From Eledone cirrhosa (lineage: Eukaryota): a stretch of 64,000 nucleotides of DNA. The notes under the pieces were generated by a model. The model saw only the letters and a list, made by a program, of their open reading frames with translations, was not told the origin of the DNA and did no database searches. The DNA lies in assembly GCA_964016885.1 (NCBI GenBank), contig OZ024743.1, positions 25,606,001 to 25,670,000 of the forward strand, read 5' to 3'. Made by a program: the position numbers and the translations under genes. Shown in pieces: positions 1 through 15,133 of the stretch (the first letter of the stretch is position 1; each line of letters starts with the position of its first letter).

Positions 1-49
1 TCTTCACATTTATTATTATTACTATATATATATATATATATATATACAC

Positions 50-197
50 ATAGGTTTTTGACATATGTTGATGCCATGAGGACAGACAGGTCTGTTGGAA
101 ACGCATGACATGGCAGCGACGATGAGGGACAGAGACCGCTGGAGAGAACTCGTCCAAGGATCTCGGGAATTTTACCCGCCTTAAATAGATAGATACA
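50..197 (+). mobile_element. Degenerate 3' end of an RTE-like LINE
   Basis: Translates to ...MRDRDRWRELVQ, the typical RTE C-terminal D-R-x-x-W-R motif, followed by a short (TAGA)n tail; preceded by (TA)n. Confidence 0.45.
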
Positions 198-458
198 TAA
201 GTTTACGAAGCTAGACGAAGATAATCGGTACAGCTCCGGTCGTCACTCAATTGATATGGTAAAGTTTTGTATATTAGAAATACAAAATGATTGGCTTTGG
301 TCATGATTTAAAAATAATATTGCATTTTATAATGGTTCACACAAAGATCCTCTCGTATGTGTGTGTGCGTGTGTATGTGTGTGTTTACATGTATGTGCGT
401 ATACGTGTGGTCAATGAGATGATCGAAAAGTACTCTAGAAACTACAGACATTAATATT

Positions 459-678
459 GATATCTAGTATAGTCACAAGGCCAGTAATTTGGGGGGAGGG
501 ATAAATCGATGATTAAATCGACCCCAGTACGTTACTAGACCTTTATTTTATCGACCCCGTAAGGACGAAAGGCAAAGTTAACCTCGGAGAGATTTGAACT
601 CAGACCGTAAAGGGCCGTAACTCTATGCTGAAAAGTATGGTGTCCGACTCTCTACCGATACTGCCAATCCACCGCCCT
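459..678 (-). mobile_element. Full-length tRNA-derived SINE with Nin/Deu-type core (long-tail variant)
   Basis: Minus strand: GGCGGTGGATTGGCAGTATCGGTAGAG (A-box-like) ... GAGTTCAAATC (B-box) ... GCCTTTCGTCCTTACGGGGTCGATAAAA core. Flanked by an 18-bp direct repeat ACTACAGACATTAATATT (441-458, 679-696). Confidence 0.9.
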
Positions 679-2397
679 ACTACAGACATTAATATTAAAA
701 TAAATATCATTATATCCCCAGCCACCGTTGGTTTTAAATTCCTAACTCAGTTCTGTCCGAGGACGAAATGTATCGTAATGGCAGTACTTTAATTGTAGGT
801 TTTGGTTATTACATGTTATCAGTGAGGTGATAAAGCCGTTTTTAAGCTAACTACTGTTGCTGATCGGCGATTTAATTTTATAGACCGCAATAATAGAATC
901 TGCTATACGCACACAACGTATATAGAAATCATTTATCGAAGACTTCAGAAGGCCACGGCCTATGGAATATATCCGACATGTAGCTTCATTTTCTCAGGTC
1001 ACAGCATTCCAATTAATATTCCAACACTACTGCTATTACTGGGGCAGTAGTGAGTGAGAAGCATTCTAATATACAATCTTTCACTTGGAACTCCAGATAC
1101 ATTTCTCACCGTGTGTTTGTGTGTGTGAGTATTTGTGTGTGTGTGTGTGAGTGAGTGTGTGTGTGTGTGCGCGCGCATGTGTGTGTCAAGAAAGTGCACA
1201 CAGTTACATAAGACGAATAGACAGCTGCATCTTTTCCTCATCAGCCACATTGCTGCTGTACAATTTCACGCATTAAGGTGGTATTACACTTGAGATACCA
1301 GTTTCAGCGACAGATTGGAGAGCCGTTCTGTTGGTAAGATATGTGTGAGATGATAACAAACCAATGAATGGGTAACGAAAATGTCACGGGTGTCTCTCGA
1401 CATAAACCTCGACATGATCAGATAAATACATAGAAAATTACGATTAGAAATAAACATGTAACATGTTAACTCTGGGAGGTATATGTGGTTATGTTCTTCC
1501 AAGCTGTTTTTGATGTACTGCCGGATGAAGCTTCAACATCTGCAGACTCACAGACACACACAAAAGCATACACACACACATACATACACGTGCCCACACA
1601 CACACACACACATACATATATAGATAAATATATATATGTGCGTGTGTCTGTGTAAGTATTATTGTATGTTTATGTGTATGTACATATGTATGAATATATG
1701 CATGCATGCATGCATGTATTTATGTATGCATGTATGTATGTATGTATGTATGTATGTATGTATGTATGTATGTATGTATGAATATATGCATGTATATATA
1801 TATCTATATATGTATGGATGGATGGATATATGCATATATGAATGTATGTAAATATGTATGTATGAATATATATGAATGTATGTATATATGCATGCGCGTA
1901 TGGATATATATGTAAATAGATAAAGATTTGTGTTAAAGCGTCCGGTCATAATTAGAATTCATATGGTAATTCAGTCTCTCATCGTGTTTGGTCAATGGCA
2001 TGAATCGAAGACAATACATGAATTTCCTTTAATCAGATAGAAGCAACGTTGGGACAGAGTCAGATGGTGTGTTGATGCTTTAATTGTACTAAACCGTTTT
2101 GTTGTGACCACAGTCCGCAATGGTCCCTGACATTTAAACGAACAAACACTGCCGTGTTTGTACAAGAAATCTCAGTACTCTGAAATATCAATTGTTCAAG
2201 CCACGTAGACGGATCAAGAAGCAGTCGGCCGGCTGTTGAGAGGATAAGAGAAATTTAACGCATCGACATGCATGGGAAGCATACACACATACATACATAC
2301 ATATATACATATATATATATACATACATACATACATATACACATACATATATACATACATATATACATATATATATGCATACATACATACATATATG

Positions 2398-2429
<32 letters not shown>

Positions 2430-2495
2430 CATATTTCTATTATGAATGTATGTATGTGTATTGTGTATGCATGTTTGTATATAAGTGTGCCTGCG

Positions 2496-2760
<265 letters not shown>

Positions 2761-3005
2761 CTGTGTGTGATGCTGACTGAATTTTGGAGTCCTACACCTT
2801 TGTGATACGATATTTGTGATGTGTAAATTGAATTGTATTCTTCGTTTAATCTATGTTTTCTACGGCTCATGAATTGGTAATCCTAGTCAGTTACTATGTG
2901 AAAACCCTCAAGTGTGTGTGTGTGTGTGAGAAAGAGAGAGAATCCCGGGTTCAATCAGTAGTAACCACAGTTCTAGTCCTGTAGAAGCTATTTCTATATT
3001 AAACT

Positions 3006-3066
<61 letters not shown>

Positions 3067-3204
3067 AATATTTGTGTGTGTGTATGTATATGTATGCATG
3101 TGTATATGTATGTAGGTGTGCATCCATACAGGTATATACACTCAAAAACCGAGCACTATGTATTTGAATAATACCAACTGTACTACTACTACAACTAATG
3201 ATAA

Positions 3205-3700
3205 TGATTTCTACTATAGGCACAAGGCTAGCAATTTGGAAGGAAGGGGAAAGTCGATTAAATCAACCCCTGTGCATTACTGGTACTTTGTTTTATCGAC
3301 CCCGTAAGGATGAAAGGCAAAGCAAACCTCGGCGGGATTTGAACTCAGAACTTAAAGGGACGTAACTCTATGCTGGAAGGCATGGCGTCCGACCCTCTAC
3401 CGATAATGCCAATCCACCACCCTTATAATTATTTTACTAATAATTGTTTCTACTTTTGGCACAAGGCCAGCACATACCCAGTGCATTACTGGTACTTTAT
3501 TTTATCGACCCCGTAAGGATAAAAGGCAAAGTTAACCTCGGCGGGATTTGAACTCAGAATGGTAAGGGCCATAACTCTATGCGTCAAAGCATGGCGTCTG
3601 ACCATGATTTAGGCCCAGCAAATTTGAGGGAAGGGCAAAGTTGATTAAATGAACACCAGTATTGTACTGGTATTTTATTTTATCGATCTTGGAAGGATGG
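3205..3700 (-). mobile_element. Cluster of three SINE copies or fragments (same family as 459-678)
   Basis: The TTTTATCGACCCCGTAAGGATGAAAGGCAAAG core recurs at ~3292, ~3500 and, degenerate, at ~3678; GATTTGAACTCAG B-box complement in the first two. Confidence 0.88.
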
Positions 3701-3721
3701 AGGTGGTGAGTGTGATTGAAT

Positions 3722-3902
<181 letters not shown>

Positions 3903-4023
3903 ACCAAATATGTGTAATTGTTTTTAATATACTTTAATAAACCTAAATATGTGTGCATGGAAGGAGTAGTCTTTTGAACGATCAAGGAGAGAGAGAGAGA
4001 AAGAGGGAGAGAGAGGGGGGAGT

Positions 4024-4071
<48 letters not shown>

Positions 4072-5414
4072 GAAAGGTTGAGAGAAGTGAAACCCGTGCT
4101 ATTTGCTAGCATTGCCGACCGATAGAGTAGAGAGAACAAAACATGTATTAAGCTGCCTGAATCAACACAATATATTTATTCTTGCTACGTATTAAGTTGA
4201 CTCGTCTAAACAGCGACATCTGGTGAGAAGAATCGGAAGAAGGGAGGAAAATCTTACATATCGGATTAGCTATGTTTACGCATTTAATAGTCTTTATTAA
4301 TGCGTGCATTAGTTATTGTTTTTTTTTATCATTTGTTTCTTATGGGATTTTTTTCTCTTGCTTTTTCCCTGAGTAAAAGTGTTTATATTAGGGTGAGGTG
4401 GAGGTATGGAATTTTAGTGTGAGAACGCCCCTATTGCATTATTCTAATGGTTCGTTATCTATATTAACATTGCATCAGTTCCCGTAAGGGCCATTTCATT
4501 GATTTTGGCGTATACTTGTTAACATTGTCTTAAGCTAATAAGGTTACATAGTATTGAAAATGGCAAAATAGTTACTTGAAATATGTTCTAAATATGACTA
4601 AAATTATTAGTTTTTATTGTGTTTTTGTTTATTTTAGCTAATGTTTCGTTGTGTCTCTTTGCTGTCATTTCTTTTTCGTTTAGTTAATTTATTTTCAAAA
4701 GAGAAAGTAGTCTATTTTCAGATGTATAATATTTTTATGGGAAATATAAAAGCTACCACCAGTTGCACACACACCCTTCTCTCTCCACCTCATTTCCTCT
4801 CTCTTTCCCTCCAAGAAACTCATTTGCGAGTACTCGCGGTTATTTAGTTTCCGATTAACTTAGACCTAGAAGTCTTCTCGCCGTGACTAAACGCCTTTTT
4901 CGCATTTATACTCTTCCTAGAACTATACTGTCTAGTGTGTCCTTCCATTGCAAATAACAAAACTCCCAGATCCACTAACATCTGCCATTCAATACCTAAA
5001 ACATGGATCAATTCTATTATTAATACATTACTTATGAGGTATAAAGCTAAGCAATAGTTTGTCTCTACTGACATTTTCTTTATTATTGAAGCAGTGGAAA
5101 TAAGGCTACCAGCCCACACTATCCAATGTTCCATACATATTAGAATAAAATATGTGCCCCTGTGGTGGTGACATAAGAAAACGTTAAACTGAACGTTCTA
5201 CCTCACTGCCTACATAACTATACATACACAGAAAATAAATTATAAATACATATATATGCACACCCATGTGTACACTTTCACATATTTGAAGATGTTTGAT
5301 TTGTAAATAAAGTAAGTAAATGGATATTTGTTGGTTTTGACAACGAGTATTCCAGTTATTGTATTAAGTGAACAACTTACTCCATTAAATCATCTTATAA
5401 ACGACTGAATATTC

Positions 5415-5657
5415 CCGAGGAGGGTAAACTCTCCAAATATCGGTCGAGCTCGTAGCAGCGGAGACTTCTGGTATCCTTGGCCCTAAGACAACCTCTCTAC
5501 TCACCACCATCGGCACGGAGTTTGCTACCTGCAGGAGTGACCCTCGCGAGCTGGAATGGCTCTTCCAATGCGTCTCCCTCACCATCCTCCGGGGAGACGC
5601 CTTCTCAATTCTGTCCACCGGGGCCGTGGGACGGCCATTACGTGACCCCCCCCCCCC
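5415..5657 (+). mobile_element. 3' end of a CRE-clade (restriction-like endonuclease) non-LTR retrotransposon, degenerate
   Basis: Translates KLSKY...AAETSGILGPKTTSLLTTIGTEFATCRSDPRELEWLFQCVSLTILRGDAFSILSTG, matching the CRE C-terminal pattern K-x2-KY...ET-x-G-x2-G...DPRE-x2-WLFQR-x-S-x3-QRGNA. Confidence 0.7.
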
Positions 5658-5672
5658 AATCTGTTTATAAAC

Positions 5673-5862
5673 AATTGTTTCTACTTTTGGCACAAGACCA
5701 GCAATCACACCAGTGTATTACTGGTACCTTATTTTATTGACCCCATAAGGATGAAAGGCAAAGTTAACCTCGGCGAAATTTGAACTCAGATGATAAAGGG
5801 CCGTAACTCTATGCTGTAAAGCATGGCGTCCAACCCTCTACCGATACTGCCAATCCACCGCC
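5673..5862 (-). mobile_element. Full-length SINE (short-tail variant)
   Basis: Same head, core and tail as other copies; TGTTTATAA repeated on both sides. Confidence 0.9.
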
Positions 5863-5950
5863 TATTTGTTTATAATAATGAGAGATGGAGAGAGCGAGAG
5901 AGACGGAGGCAGAGACAATGGGAATTTGATTCCATTATGTTCAGACCTAA

Positions 5951-6002
5951 AGTACCAGTAATGCACTGGGTGATTGAAGGCCTTGTGCCTAAAGTAGAAA
6001 CA
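5951..6002 (+). mobile_element. 5'-truncated SINE tail with 17-bp TSD
   Basis: AGTACCAGTAATGCACTGGG...GTAGAAACA flanked by ATTATGTTCAGACCTAA at 5934-5950 and 6003-6019. Confidence 0.85.
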
Positions 6003-6159
6003 ATTATGTTCAGACCTAATGTATATGTAAATATTTATTTACCACCCCACATATAACAAACATACATAAGGTCTCACTGTAAGTATTTTAGGCTTCGACA
6101 GACACATGTATCCATAACGTAATGTTTTAGTAAAATCAACACAACTGTGTGTATCGGAG

Positions 6160-6317
6160 ATCGATCTTTAAATTACAGGTACTGCCATCCGACGCGCTTT
6201 CGCGAGGTTCTGTCTACCCAATTCCATTGAAATAGCCTAGATAGACTACAGGTCGCTGCAGTGGGATCGAACACGGTACCTCATGATTGCAAAGCAAACC
6301 GTTAAACCATTCGACCT
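6160..6317 (-). mobile_element. Older tRNA-derived SINE of a second family
   Basis: Minus strand GGTCGAATGGTTTAACGG...GTGTTCGATCCCACTGC (A/B boxes). Shares AATTACAGGTAC with the copy at ~63600-63725. Confidence 0.55.
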
Positions 6318-6559
6318 TGACACTGCCACAAATAAGTAGTAAATATACACAAAACAGTCATATACTCATATATACGTGGTTTAAGTCGGTTAGATTTGGT
6401 TTTAAAGACACTCACAAGCGGGCACTATAGATGTGTTGAATATACATACACACTCACACGGAAAGAGAAAATAAGTATAAATACACATACACAGACACAC
6501 ACACACACACACACACATACATATACATACTCACATACACACATACATACATACATACA

Positions 6560-6593
<34 letters not shown>

Positions 6594-6982
6594 CATACAT
6601 ACATACATACATACATACATACATACATACACACATTCATGCTTACACACATATATACACACTCACACACACACACCTATACATACACACTCATTACTAC
6701 ACACACATGCACTTCTATAAACATAAAAATGTTTCGATTTGCTTCGAAAAACATTCATAAAGAAATATACAAACACACAAATAGAAAACTAGCATATATA
6801 TGTATGTGTGTGTGCGCGTGTGTATGTGTGTATGTATTTGTGTGTGTGTGTGTATGCATGTATGTATGTGTGTTGGTATGTGTGTATGCGTGTGTGTATG
6901 TGTGAATGTGGCTGTATGCATGAATGTGTGTATGTGTGTGTATGCATGTATGTATGTATGTGTGTTTGTATGTGTGTATGCA

Positions 6983-7015
<33 letters not shown>

Positions 7016-7016
7016 G

Positions 7017-7051
<35 letters not shown>

Positions 7052-7879
7052 TCTCTTCCCTTTCCAAAAGTACTTTAATGGTACACAGAATTTTCGACTG
7101 TTAGCCAAACAGTAGCAATCTGCAATGTCATTTTAATTCAAACTCGCTTTTCTTAACCTCACACACACACACACATCATTCACATAAACACATACACACA
7201 CAATTTCTCTCTTTCTGTCTCTTTTTCTCCACTTGGCCACGCGAAACCAAACCGAACTAACGCTTATCTTTTTTACACACACGCGCGAACATACATATAC
7301 ATACACCCTCACACATTCTCACAGGCACACTCACGCATACACACTCACTTACCTATCCACAACCCTTATTGTCTGCTCATTGATTTGTTTGGCAAGAAAG
7401 TAACCTAATTTAGCCTTACCGATTGGCTCCAGTGATTTGCTCGGTGATAATTAAATAATCCAACGTAAATCGCCGACAATGAGCCGTACATTGACGAAAA
7501 CGAACGAAAATTGACGAAGGACAATGCACTTATTTATCATTCACGTACAACCAAACTTTATCTCCCGTCCACAATTGTATTTCTATACGCCACACACCTT
7601 TCACTCTTTCTTTCACTCTCTCTCTCTCACTCACTCTCTCTCTCTCTCTGCCTGTCTCTCTCTTCTTGTTCCTCTTCTTTCATTCATCTTCTCGCTTTCT
7701 TGCTCTCTCTTCATTTCTCTCTCCCCTTTCTGACAACACCAATTAAGGTAATGTTATTTTGCTGTTTGTTTAGCATCAATATCGATAAAGGATGTTGGTA
7801 GGGTCTCATCATCATTATCCACGCCGCCGCCGCCGCCTTCGTCGTCGTTGTGGTTGTTGTTGATATCATTATTATTGTT

Positions 7880-8510
7880 ATTTGAGCGCTAGAAAATAGA
7901 ATTGATAGAGCGACAGAAAGTATATCTCGTGGTGTTTCTTTAAATCCTTTTATGTTGTCAGTTCAAGTCTTGTTCGGACCAACGTTATTTTCATCTTTCC
8001 GGGGTCAATAAACTAATTAGCTGTCAGTCACTGAATCGATTCAATCAACTATAATACCCGAATGACTTTGTTTCGCTGTTTCTATGTTATAAACAACCAA
8101 AGGCGGTTGGTTGGTGAAGTTTGTAGAGCGCCTAGCAAAATATCGTGTAGTAATCGGTTCTGATCGTGTTCGATTTATTAATGAAAAATACCCCACGTTG
8201 TTTTATTGGCATTGAAAGGAAGAAAGGTAATGTTGACCTTAGCGAAATTTGGACACAAAACATTTACTTAATAGTGTTTCAACTTTTGGCACAAGGCCAG
8301 CAATTATCCCAGTGCATTATTGGTGCATTATTTTATCGACCTCGTAAGGGTGAAAGGCAAACTTAACCTCGGCGGGATTTGCACTCAGAACGTAGATGGC
8401 CATAACTCTATGCTGCGAAGCATAGTGTCTGACGCTCTACCGATACTGCCAATCCACCGCAAAAATGCAAGGTATTTTGTCTGACACTCTAACAATTCTG
8501 CCTAAACAAC
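7880..8510. mobile_element. Diverged SINE copies with a younger SINE (8275-8460, minus)
   Basis: Degenerate GTTCAAGTC/GGGGTCAATAAA motifs plus one well-conserved copy. Confidence 0.7.
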
Positions 8511-8889
8511 CAGCACGAAAAATGCCAATAAAATGAGAAATGGGATCGCTATATATATATAATAGGGTCCAGGAAAGAACAACCAATACATTCGAAGAAA
8601 TAATGCTGGAATAAATACGTAACGAATATCTTGTGGCTTTTCATAATATTCCTCCCAGAAAGGAGCTATAGAAGAAGTGAAGGAAGATAATTTACAATTT
8701 CGTCTCCAAGTGGCATCGAATGGTTCAGTAACGCAAGTGTGGACGGTACAAAACCTATACAGATAAAGTTATATAAAGAAAATGATTTTTAAAAGAAGGC
8801 TTTGAAAAGTGCGCCTGATATATATATATATATATTTTATAAACTATATAAATATATATATTTTATAGACTATATATATATATATATTT

Positions 8890-9126
8890 ATATCTGTATT
8901 TTTAACCGCTGGTCAATCAATGATAAACATTGATTGCCAAATAGATTAATTATGGAGATATAAAAGATACAGAAGCGAAAACCAACAAAACAGTGAGTGT
9001 GTTGTGTTATTATTTCTGGCAAATAAAGTACCAGTAATGCACTGGGATAATTGATGGCCTTGTGCCAAAAGTAGAAACAGTTATTATTTCTGGCAATATT
9101 ATAACAATATGACCATCCCCAAGTAT

Positions 9127-9132
<6 letters not shown>
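8890..9132 (+). mobile_element. PLE pseudo-LTR (pLTR) fragment, family F1, interrupted by a SINE tail with 17-bp TSD
   Basis: Reverse-complement match to ~42130-42310 (3' end of the minus-strand PLE). SINE tail flanked by GTTATTATTTCTGGCAA at 9006-9022 and 9080-9096. (TA)n on both sides. Confidence 0.8.
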
Positions 9133-9164
<32 letters not shown>

Positions 9165-9294
9165 CATTTTTAAATTGTTTTTTTTTTTTTCGTTAAAACT
9201 CCTGCATGCTGATTCTCGACCAGATTGTGCTTTTCAAACCCTTTTTTATCATTTTCTTTGTATACACACACACACGCGCGCGCAGATATATATG

Positions 9295-9368
<74 letters not shown>

Positions 9369-9615
9369 CTTGTTCACTTGATCTTCGCACAAGGAAAGAT
9401 CTCCAATGTGGGCGCGGAAATGGATGGATCTTCCATCCACTAACACGTGAATATTTATTTACAGTTTCAAAGAAACCGTCTGAAGAGGCTGGAGGTCTTG
9501 AATGTTGGCTATTGTATATTATGGAATTGCCAATATTTTGTTATCAGAGGAAACTGCAGTGATGGCAAGAATTATATATATAGTAACTTTATAGATGCTA
9601 TATATAGATATATAC

Positions 9616-9680
<65 letters not shown>

Positions 9681-9689
9681 ATGACCCAC

Positions 9690-9720
<31 letters not shown>

Positions 9721-9725
<5 letters not shown>

Positions 9726-9775
9726 AGTACTCTGGTGCGTTATGGTCCATCTGGTTCCTTACCACAATTCCTTTG

Positions 9776-9780
<5 letters not shown>
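9721..9780. mobile_element. Terminal fragment of TA-inserted family F2
   Basis: Reverse complement of 32447-32505 and 46836-46893; embedded in (TA)n. Confidence 0.8.
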
Positions 9781-9825
<45 letters not shown>

Positions 9826-10102
9826 TAGGCGAATAGACAGGGTCGCTAAAAGATCGGATAGAATGCTTTACTGTATCCATTTCACTGATTTCTGTCATTA
9901 AAAAGTACCAGTCTAGTACTGGTCTTGATCCTTCCTTTCTATCACTTTCTCACTTTCTCTCTGTCACTCTCTCTTATTCTCTGGGAGAAATCTGGTGTGT
10001 TTTGTCACGGAGAGGAGAAGAGTTCCTCCAGGTTTTCAAAAATGCCGTATATTCTACAGGAGTCACGGGGGAAAATGTATGTATATATATATATATATAT
10101 AT

Positions 10103-10250
10103 GTTTTTTGTTTTGTGAGGTTTTTGATATGAAAACGTGTATCGAAAAAACTATTGTTATACTTGGGGAGGGTCATATTGTTGTAATAATATTGCTAGAA
10201 ATAATAACAGAACACACTCACTGTTTGGTTGGTTTTCGCTTTTATATCTC
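10103..10250 (-). mobile_element. PLE pLTR fragment, family F1, including the terminal extension
   Basis: Matches ~42085-42225 (TTGTTATACTTGGGGAGGGTCATA...TGGTTGGTTTTCGCTT); abuts (TA)n. Confidence 0.8.
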
Positions 10251-10997
10251 TACTACCATTGGCTAAAAGAAAACAATAGTAGAAATGCTAAAGGGATTTT
10301 CTCTCTGAATAACATCAGAACATTTATTTACAAAATAGGAATGTCCGCATTATTTATACCAGTTTCAGCTTGTACGCTTCTTCATACGACAGAAGTGTAT
10401 AATGCAATTAAACTGTATATTAATAAGAACAATAATAATATGGGGTGGATGTTTTTACATACATATATATTTAGAGAGAGAAAAGTAGTTTTCTTTCTTT
10501 CTCTCTTGGTGTTGACCTTAGCTGTGTCAATAGTGGAAGAAGCAGAGATATATGACTCAAGGGCCGTCTACGTCTATGTGCTGTTGGTTAGACTGACCAC
10601 CCCTGCTTTTCCTACTATTGCATCATATACGGAATGACCAGTTCTATTCAATGGTGAACCACCGCTTTTAATTAATATATATATATATATGTGTGTATGT
10701 ATATACGTATATATATATAAACGTGTATTTTGTATATACAGGCCTGCGTGTGTCCTGTATATGTATATATGTATATATGTATGTATGCGTACACTACGTA
10801 TGCCAGAAACATAATGAAATGAAACCTATATTGTTGCCAAACTCAAGGACACACAACAACATTATTCCCGTCCGACCACTGTACATCTTTTACCAATTCT
10901 CTGTCGCTTATAGACGCACATTCTTTCTTTCAGCTCTCCCTTCTTTCTTTCTCATTCACTTCGTTTTTCTCTCTCTCTCTCTCTCTCTCTAAATATA

Positions 10998-11097
<100 letters not shown>

Positions 11098-11155
11098 CAT
11101 ATCCATCTGTGTGTGTATATATATATATGTGTGTATATATATATATGTATATATG

Positions 11156-11255
<100 letters not shown>

Positions 11256-11271
11256 TATATACATATATATC

Positions 11272-11346
<75 letters not shown>

Positions 11347-11689
11347 ATACATACATACATACATACATACATACATACATACATACATACATACATACAT
11401 ACATACATACATACATACATACATACATACATACAGGAATTTCAATTGTTCCTGTGGCAATGGACAAGTTAATGCAAAATGGTATTAGCTGCTGTCAGAT
11501 CTCACGCACCGAATCATTTCAAAGGTTTGTTCCCAAGTGGCAAACGACACCGTCGCCATTTTGCCGGCAATTGTGTCCCTGCTTGGCTCGTGTTCCATGC
11601 CTGTCTCGAGTACTCAGCTCAGCGTTCTACCAGCTAACATATTACCACAGAAAAAAAAAACAGTTTGTAACTATAAACTACTACTACGA

Positions 11690-13160
11690 ATAATAGTAAT
11701 CATAGTAATAATAATAATTCTTTCTTTATTGGCCTCAAGGGCCGAAGCACGTTGAACACTACAAAAGGTAATCTGACATGTCTACGTAAAAGTCGTAGGG
11801 CAGTGATTTGTGCTTCGTACACCCGAACTAACCGGCTTAGACAAAGAGAAAAATGTCTGTCTTCATTCCATATAGCCGTGTCCACCACATAACTGCTTTC
11901 GTTCCCTTGTTTCTTAGAGCACATGCCATAGCTCTGACAATGAAACCTTCGAGTTTCGCGTTGAACAAATAGTAAAATGCCATTCTCATCGCTAGCACGT
12001 TGGACGTCGGTAGCAATGACACTCTTAATCACTTCATCTAGGTTATCTACTAAATTCCGCTCCGTTCTATTTTTTGTATCACTAATTCATTACTAAAAGT
12101 TATTCATTCTACTCTAATCTCTCTCTCGCTTTAGAGAGCTCCCCTACCTGTTGTTGACGATAGAGTTAAGAGAAAGAATGGGTGGGCTATATTTTCTTCT
12201 AGTGGTTTGACCTCCATGTTTCGTAGGTTACTTGGGGTGGGGGTGCTTTAAAAGCCTACTGGTGATTTTCGCATTATTACTCCATAATGGTTTTGTAAGA
12301 CTTGAGGGAGGTACGGACCATTATCATAGTTTGTGGCACTTTGAATATGCTGGTTAGAAAGATCTGTCCCTCTTTCTCAATGTCTTCACTTAGTATTATG
12401 AGGGACATTCTTTATTTGCCCTCCTCGCTAACAAATGTTTGGTGTATGTGCTGTTGTTTGCTGTTGTACGTGTGTGTCTGTGTTTTTCTTTTAGTTGTGG
12501 TTGGTTGCGGTTGTGGTGGTACTGACGGTGGTGTCGGTGGTGAATGTGTTGTCAGTTGGGATGGTGATGAAGTTGGAGTTGTAGCAGGTGTGTTGGTGTT
12601 TGATGTGAACCTGTGTTTTGTGTTTTCTGGAGTGGATGTTGTTATCTGGTAGAGTGTGCTATCTGATTTCTTTTTTGTGTCAGTGTTTTTAAAGTTTTTT
12701 AGTTTTTTTTTGTGGTTGCTCTTCTCCTTCCCTGGATAATGAGGAGTTGCATGTGTTTGACTATGGTGAGGGTGGGTGTATATGTATCTTTGTGTGTGTG
12801 TGTATGTGTGTGTGTGTGTGTGTTTAGAGCAGTTAGAGACAGAGAAGGAGAGATGGAGAGAGAGGGAGTGTGAAATCTTACTTGGTGGACCCCCTGTGTG
12901 GTTTTATTCAAGTCTGTTGTTGTTTGTGGTGGTGGCAATTCAATTGCTAGTGTTTTTGGTCTTGCTGGTACTGGAGTTACTGCTACCTCTGTTGTTGGTG
13001 GTGGTGGTGCCGCTGTTGTTATTGTTGTTCGCTGTTGGAATTGTTGTTGTGGCTGTTGAGGTCCTGGAGTTGGAAGTAAGGAGAGGCAGTTTCACCGAGC
13101 TTGGATATCTAGTAAGTTAGGATATCCTCTGCTGAGAGACCACAACTTCTCAGGAGACCC
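11690..13160 (-). mobile_element. Possible decayed non-LTR retrotransposon with (TAT)n-like tail and T/Q-rich 5' region
   Basis: Non-microsatellite sequence ending in a TAT-type tail. The low-complexity ACC/ACA 5' part resembles the ORF1 region at 59800-60190. No clean motif recovered. Confidence 0.3.
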
Positions 13161-14008
13161 AAACCAAGAGAAAATTTCAAGTGACCGCTACTTGTGATAT
13201 TCTCAAAAGGGAAAAATACCACTGTTTTACTTGTTTCAGCCAACTGGCAAGCCATGCTGGGGCACCGCCATTGCTGCTACACTTTCTATAGCCAGCCTTC
13301 CTTGGTTGGTCATTAATGTAAACGTTTGTCGCTGCTGACCTTGTTCATACTTCATCTCGCGCCGTGGGATCAACTGGGATCTTGGTTAGTAGAGTGTTGA
13401 GATGTTTCTTGAAAATATCTGATTCGCATCATGTAGATCTCTCAGGTTTTGGGGTAACTTATTAAAGAACTGAAGTCCTTTGGACTCCAGAGTATTGCAG
13501 TATCTGGTGCTTCTTCTAGATGTGAAGAAAAGATCCTTTTGTACTACACAGTGGCGTCTCTTCCTCTCTATATGTCTAAAACTAACACAAAATGGATAAA
13601 GTTTTAATTGTTTTAGGCGGACAGAAAAGTGTAATTGTTTTCATATATATATATACGTGTCTGGGCATATGCAATGTACGTGTATGCCCACGTTTGTATG
13701 TGGTCTAGTGAGTGAAGTAGAAGGTTACCTGCTTCTGGATCGTGAATTAAAATCATACCTAGTTTTGAGTAGTTAAATTGCCTGGTAAATATATCTTCAA
13801 GATATATTATAATAATAATGTCTCCGTAAAGGATTGAACACATCTTTACATAAGCCGAGTAATAGAAGAAATCTGAATGGACTTCGTTGCAATATTAAAG
13901 TATTAGTACGGTGAAGTAATTGAGGGAGAAGTGAAAGGCTATTGTGGATAGAATTCGTTTTCACGCGGTTGATCAGAACAGAGAACGAGAAAGAGAGAGG
14001 GGGGGGGG

Positions 14009-14081
<73 letters not shown>

Positions 14082-15063
14082 CGAGTTTTCGGTATAGCTG
14101 CTAACATCCTTTTGTGCAAAATTTGCCTTACTAAACGAGATGTATACAAAATCTCATTGAAGCTGGTTAGAAGCGAAAACCGGAAATAGAATAGAAGAAC
14201 CATTTCCGATTTGCTACGTTCTGTTAGGTTGTTGGTTTTGAAGTAAAACAAAGTCCACTTTGAAAAGAGTAATCAACTAAGAAACTAGACGTTTTCGGCA
14301 ACACCGAAATGGATAAACAGATTTCTAGCGATGGAAAATAAATTGACTGTGAAATAGTCAATAAAAGTAGCGTGCGTTTGTGTTATGAAACAAGCAACAA
14401 TCTATTTATATTCGTTTTGTTTTCACTGATTGCCTTCATTTAATAAAATGTTTGTCGCCATTAAGGAAAAATCGAACGAAGTTAACACTCTTATGCCGTA
14501 AATGATTTCCATAACATAAGCTTGTTTGTTTTTGGAAGTTTTCACTTTTTTTTTCTTTTAAGGGATGTCTTTTTTAATTCGTCGTTTCTTGTTCGGTTTT
14601 TATTTCTTTGCATGTTTTATCCTTAGATATAAAAGTTGGTGGTGGGGTTAGAAACCAAAAAGCCATGTCAGGAAATTACAGACTTACATGACCGTTCTAC
14701 AAAGGAAACACAATGTACTTTATTTGTGTGTAGCTTTGTTGTTTTTCCTATTTTCTTCTAATGTTTATTTATCTACCGTTAAACTTCGTTCATCGTTCAT
14801 CGTTTATCGAGCAGTGTTTGAAGATAAAATGACATTATCACAGGATTGTATGTTTTGTGACACGCTGGTCGGATGTTGATGTTAAGCTATTCTTTTTATT
14901 AATATTATTCGTCGTCACTTCATTAACTCTATATATCAAGATGTAAGAAGCAAAGTTTTTGTCAAACAAAATCTCCGATCGGGTTTCCATTCCTCTATGG
15001 ATCATTTCGCTAGAAATTTTCTTGTCTTCTATATTTTTCCGAGGAAAAATATGTGCATGTATG

Positions 15064-15102
<39 letters not shown>

Positions 15103-15133
15103 ACATACACACACACACGCACACATACACATG

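Noticed and set aside
9478-9510. CTGAAGAGG...GAA motif
   Set aside because: The GAAA box is incomplete and the stems are unconvincing.
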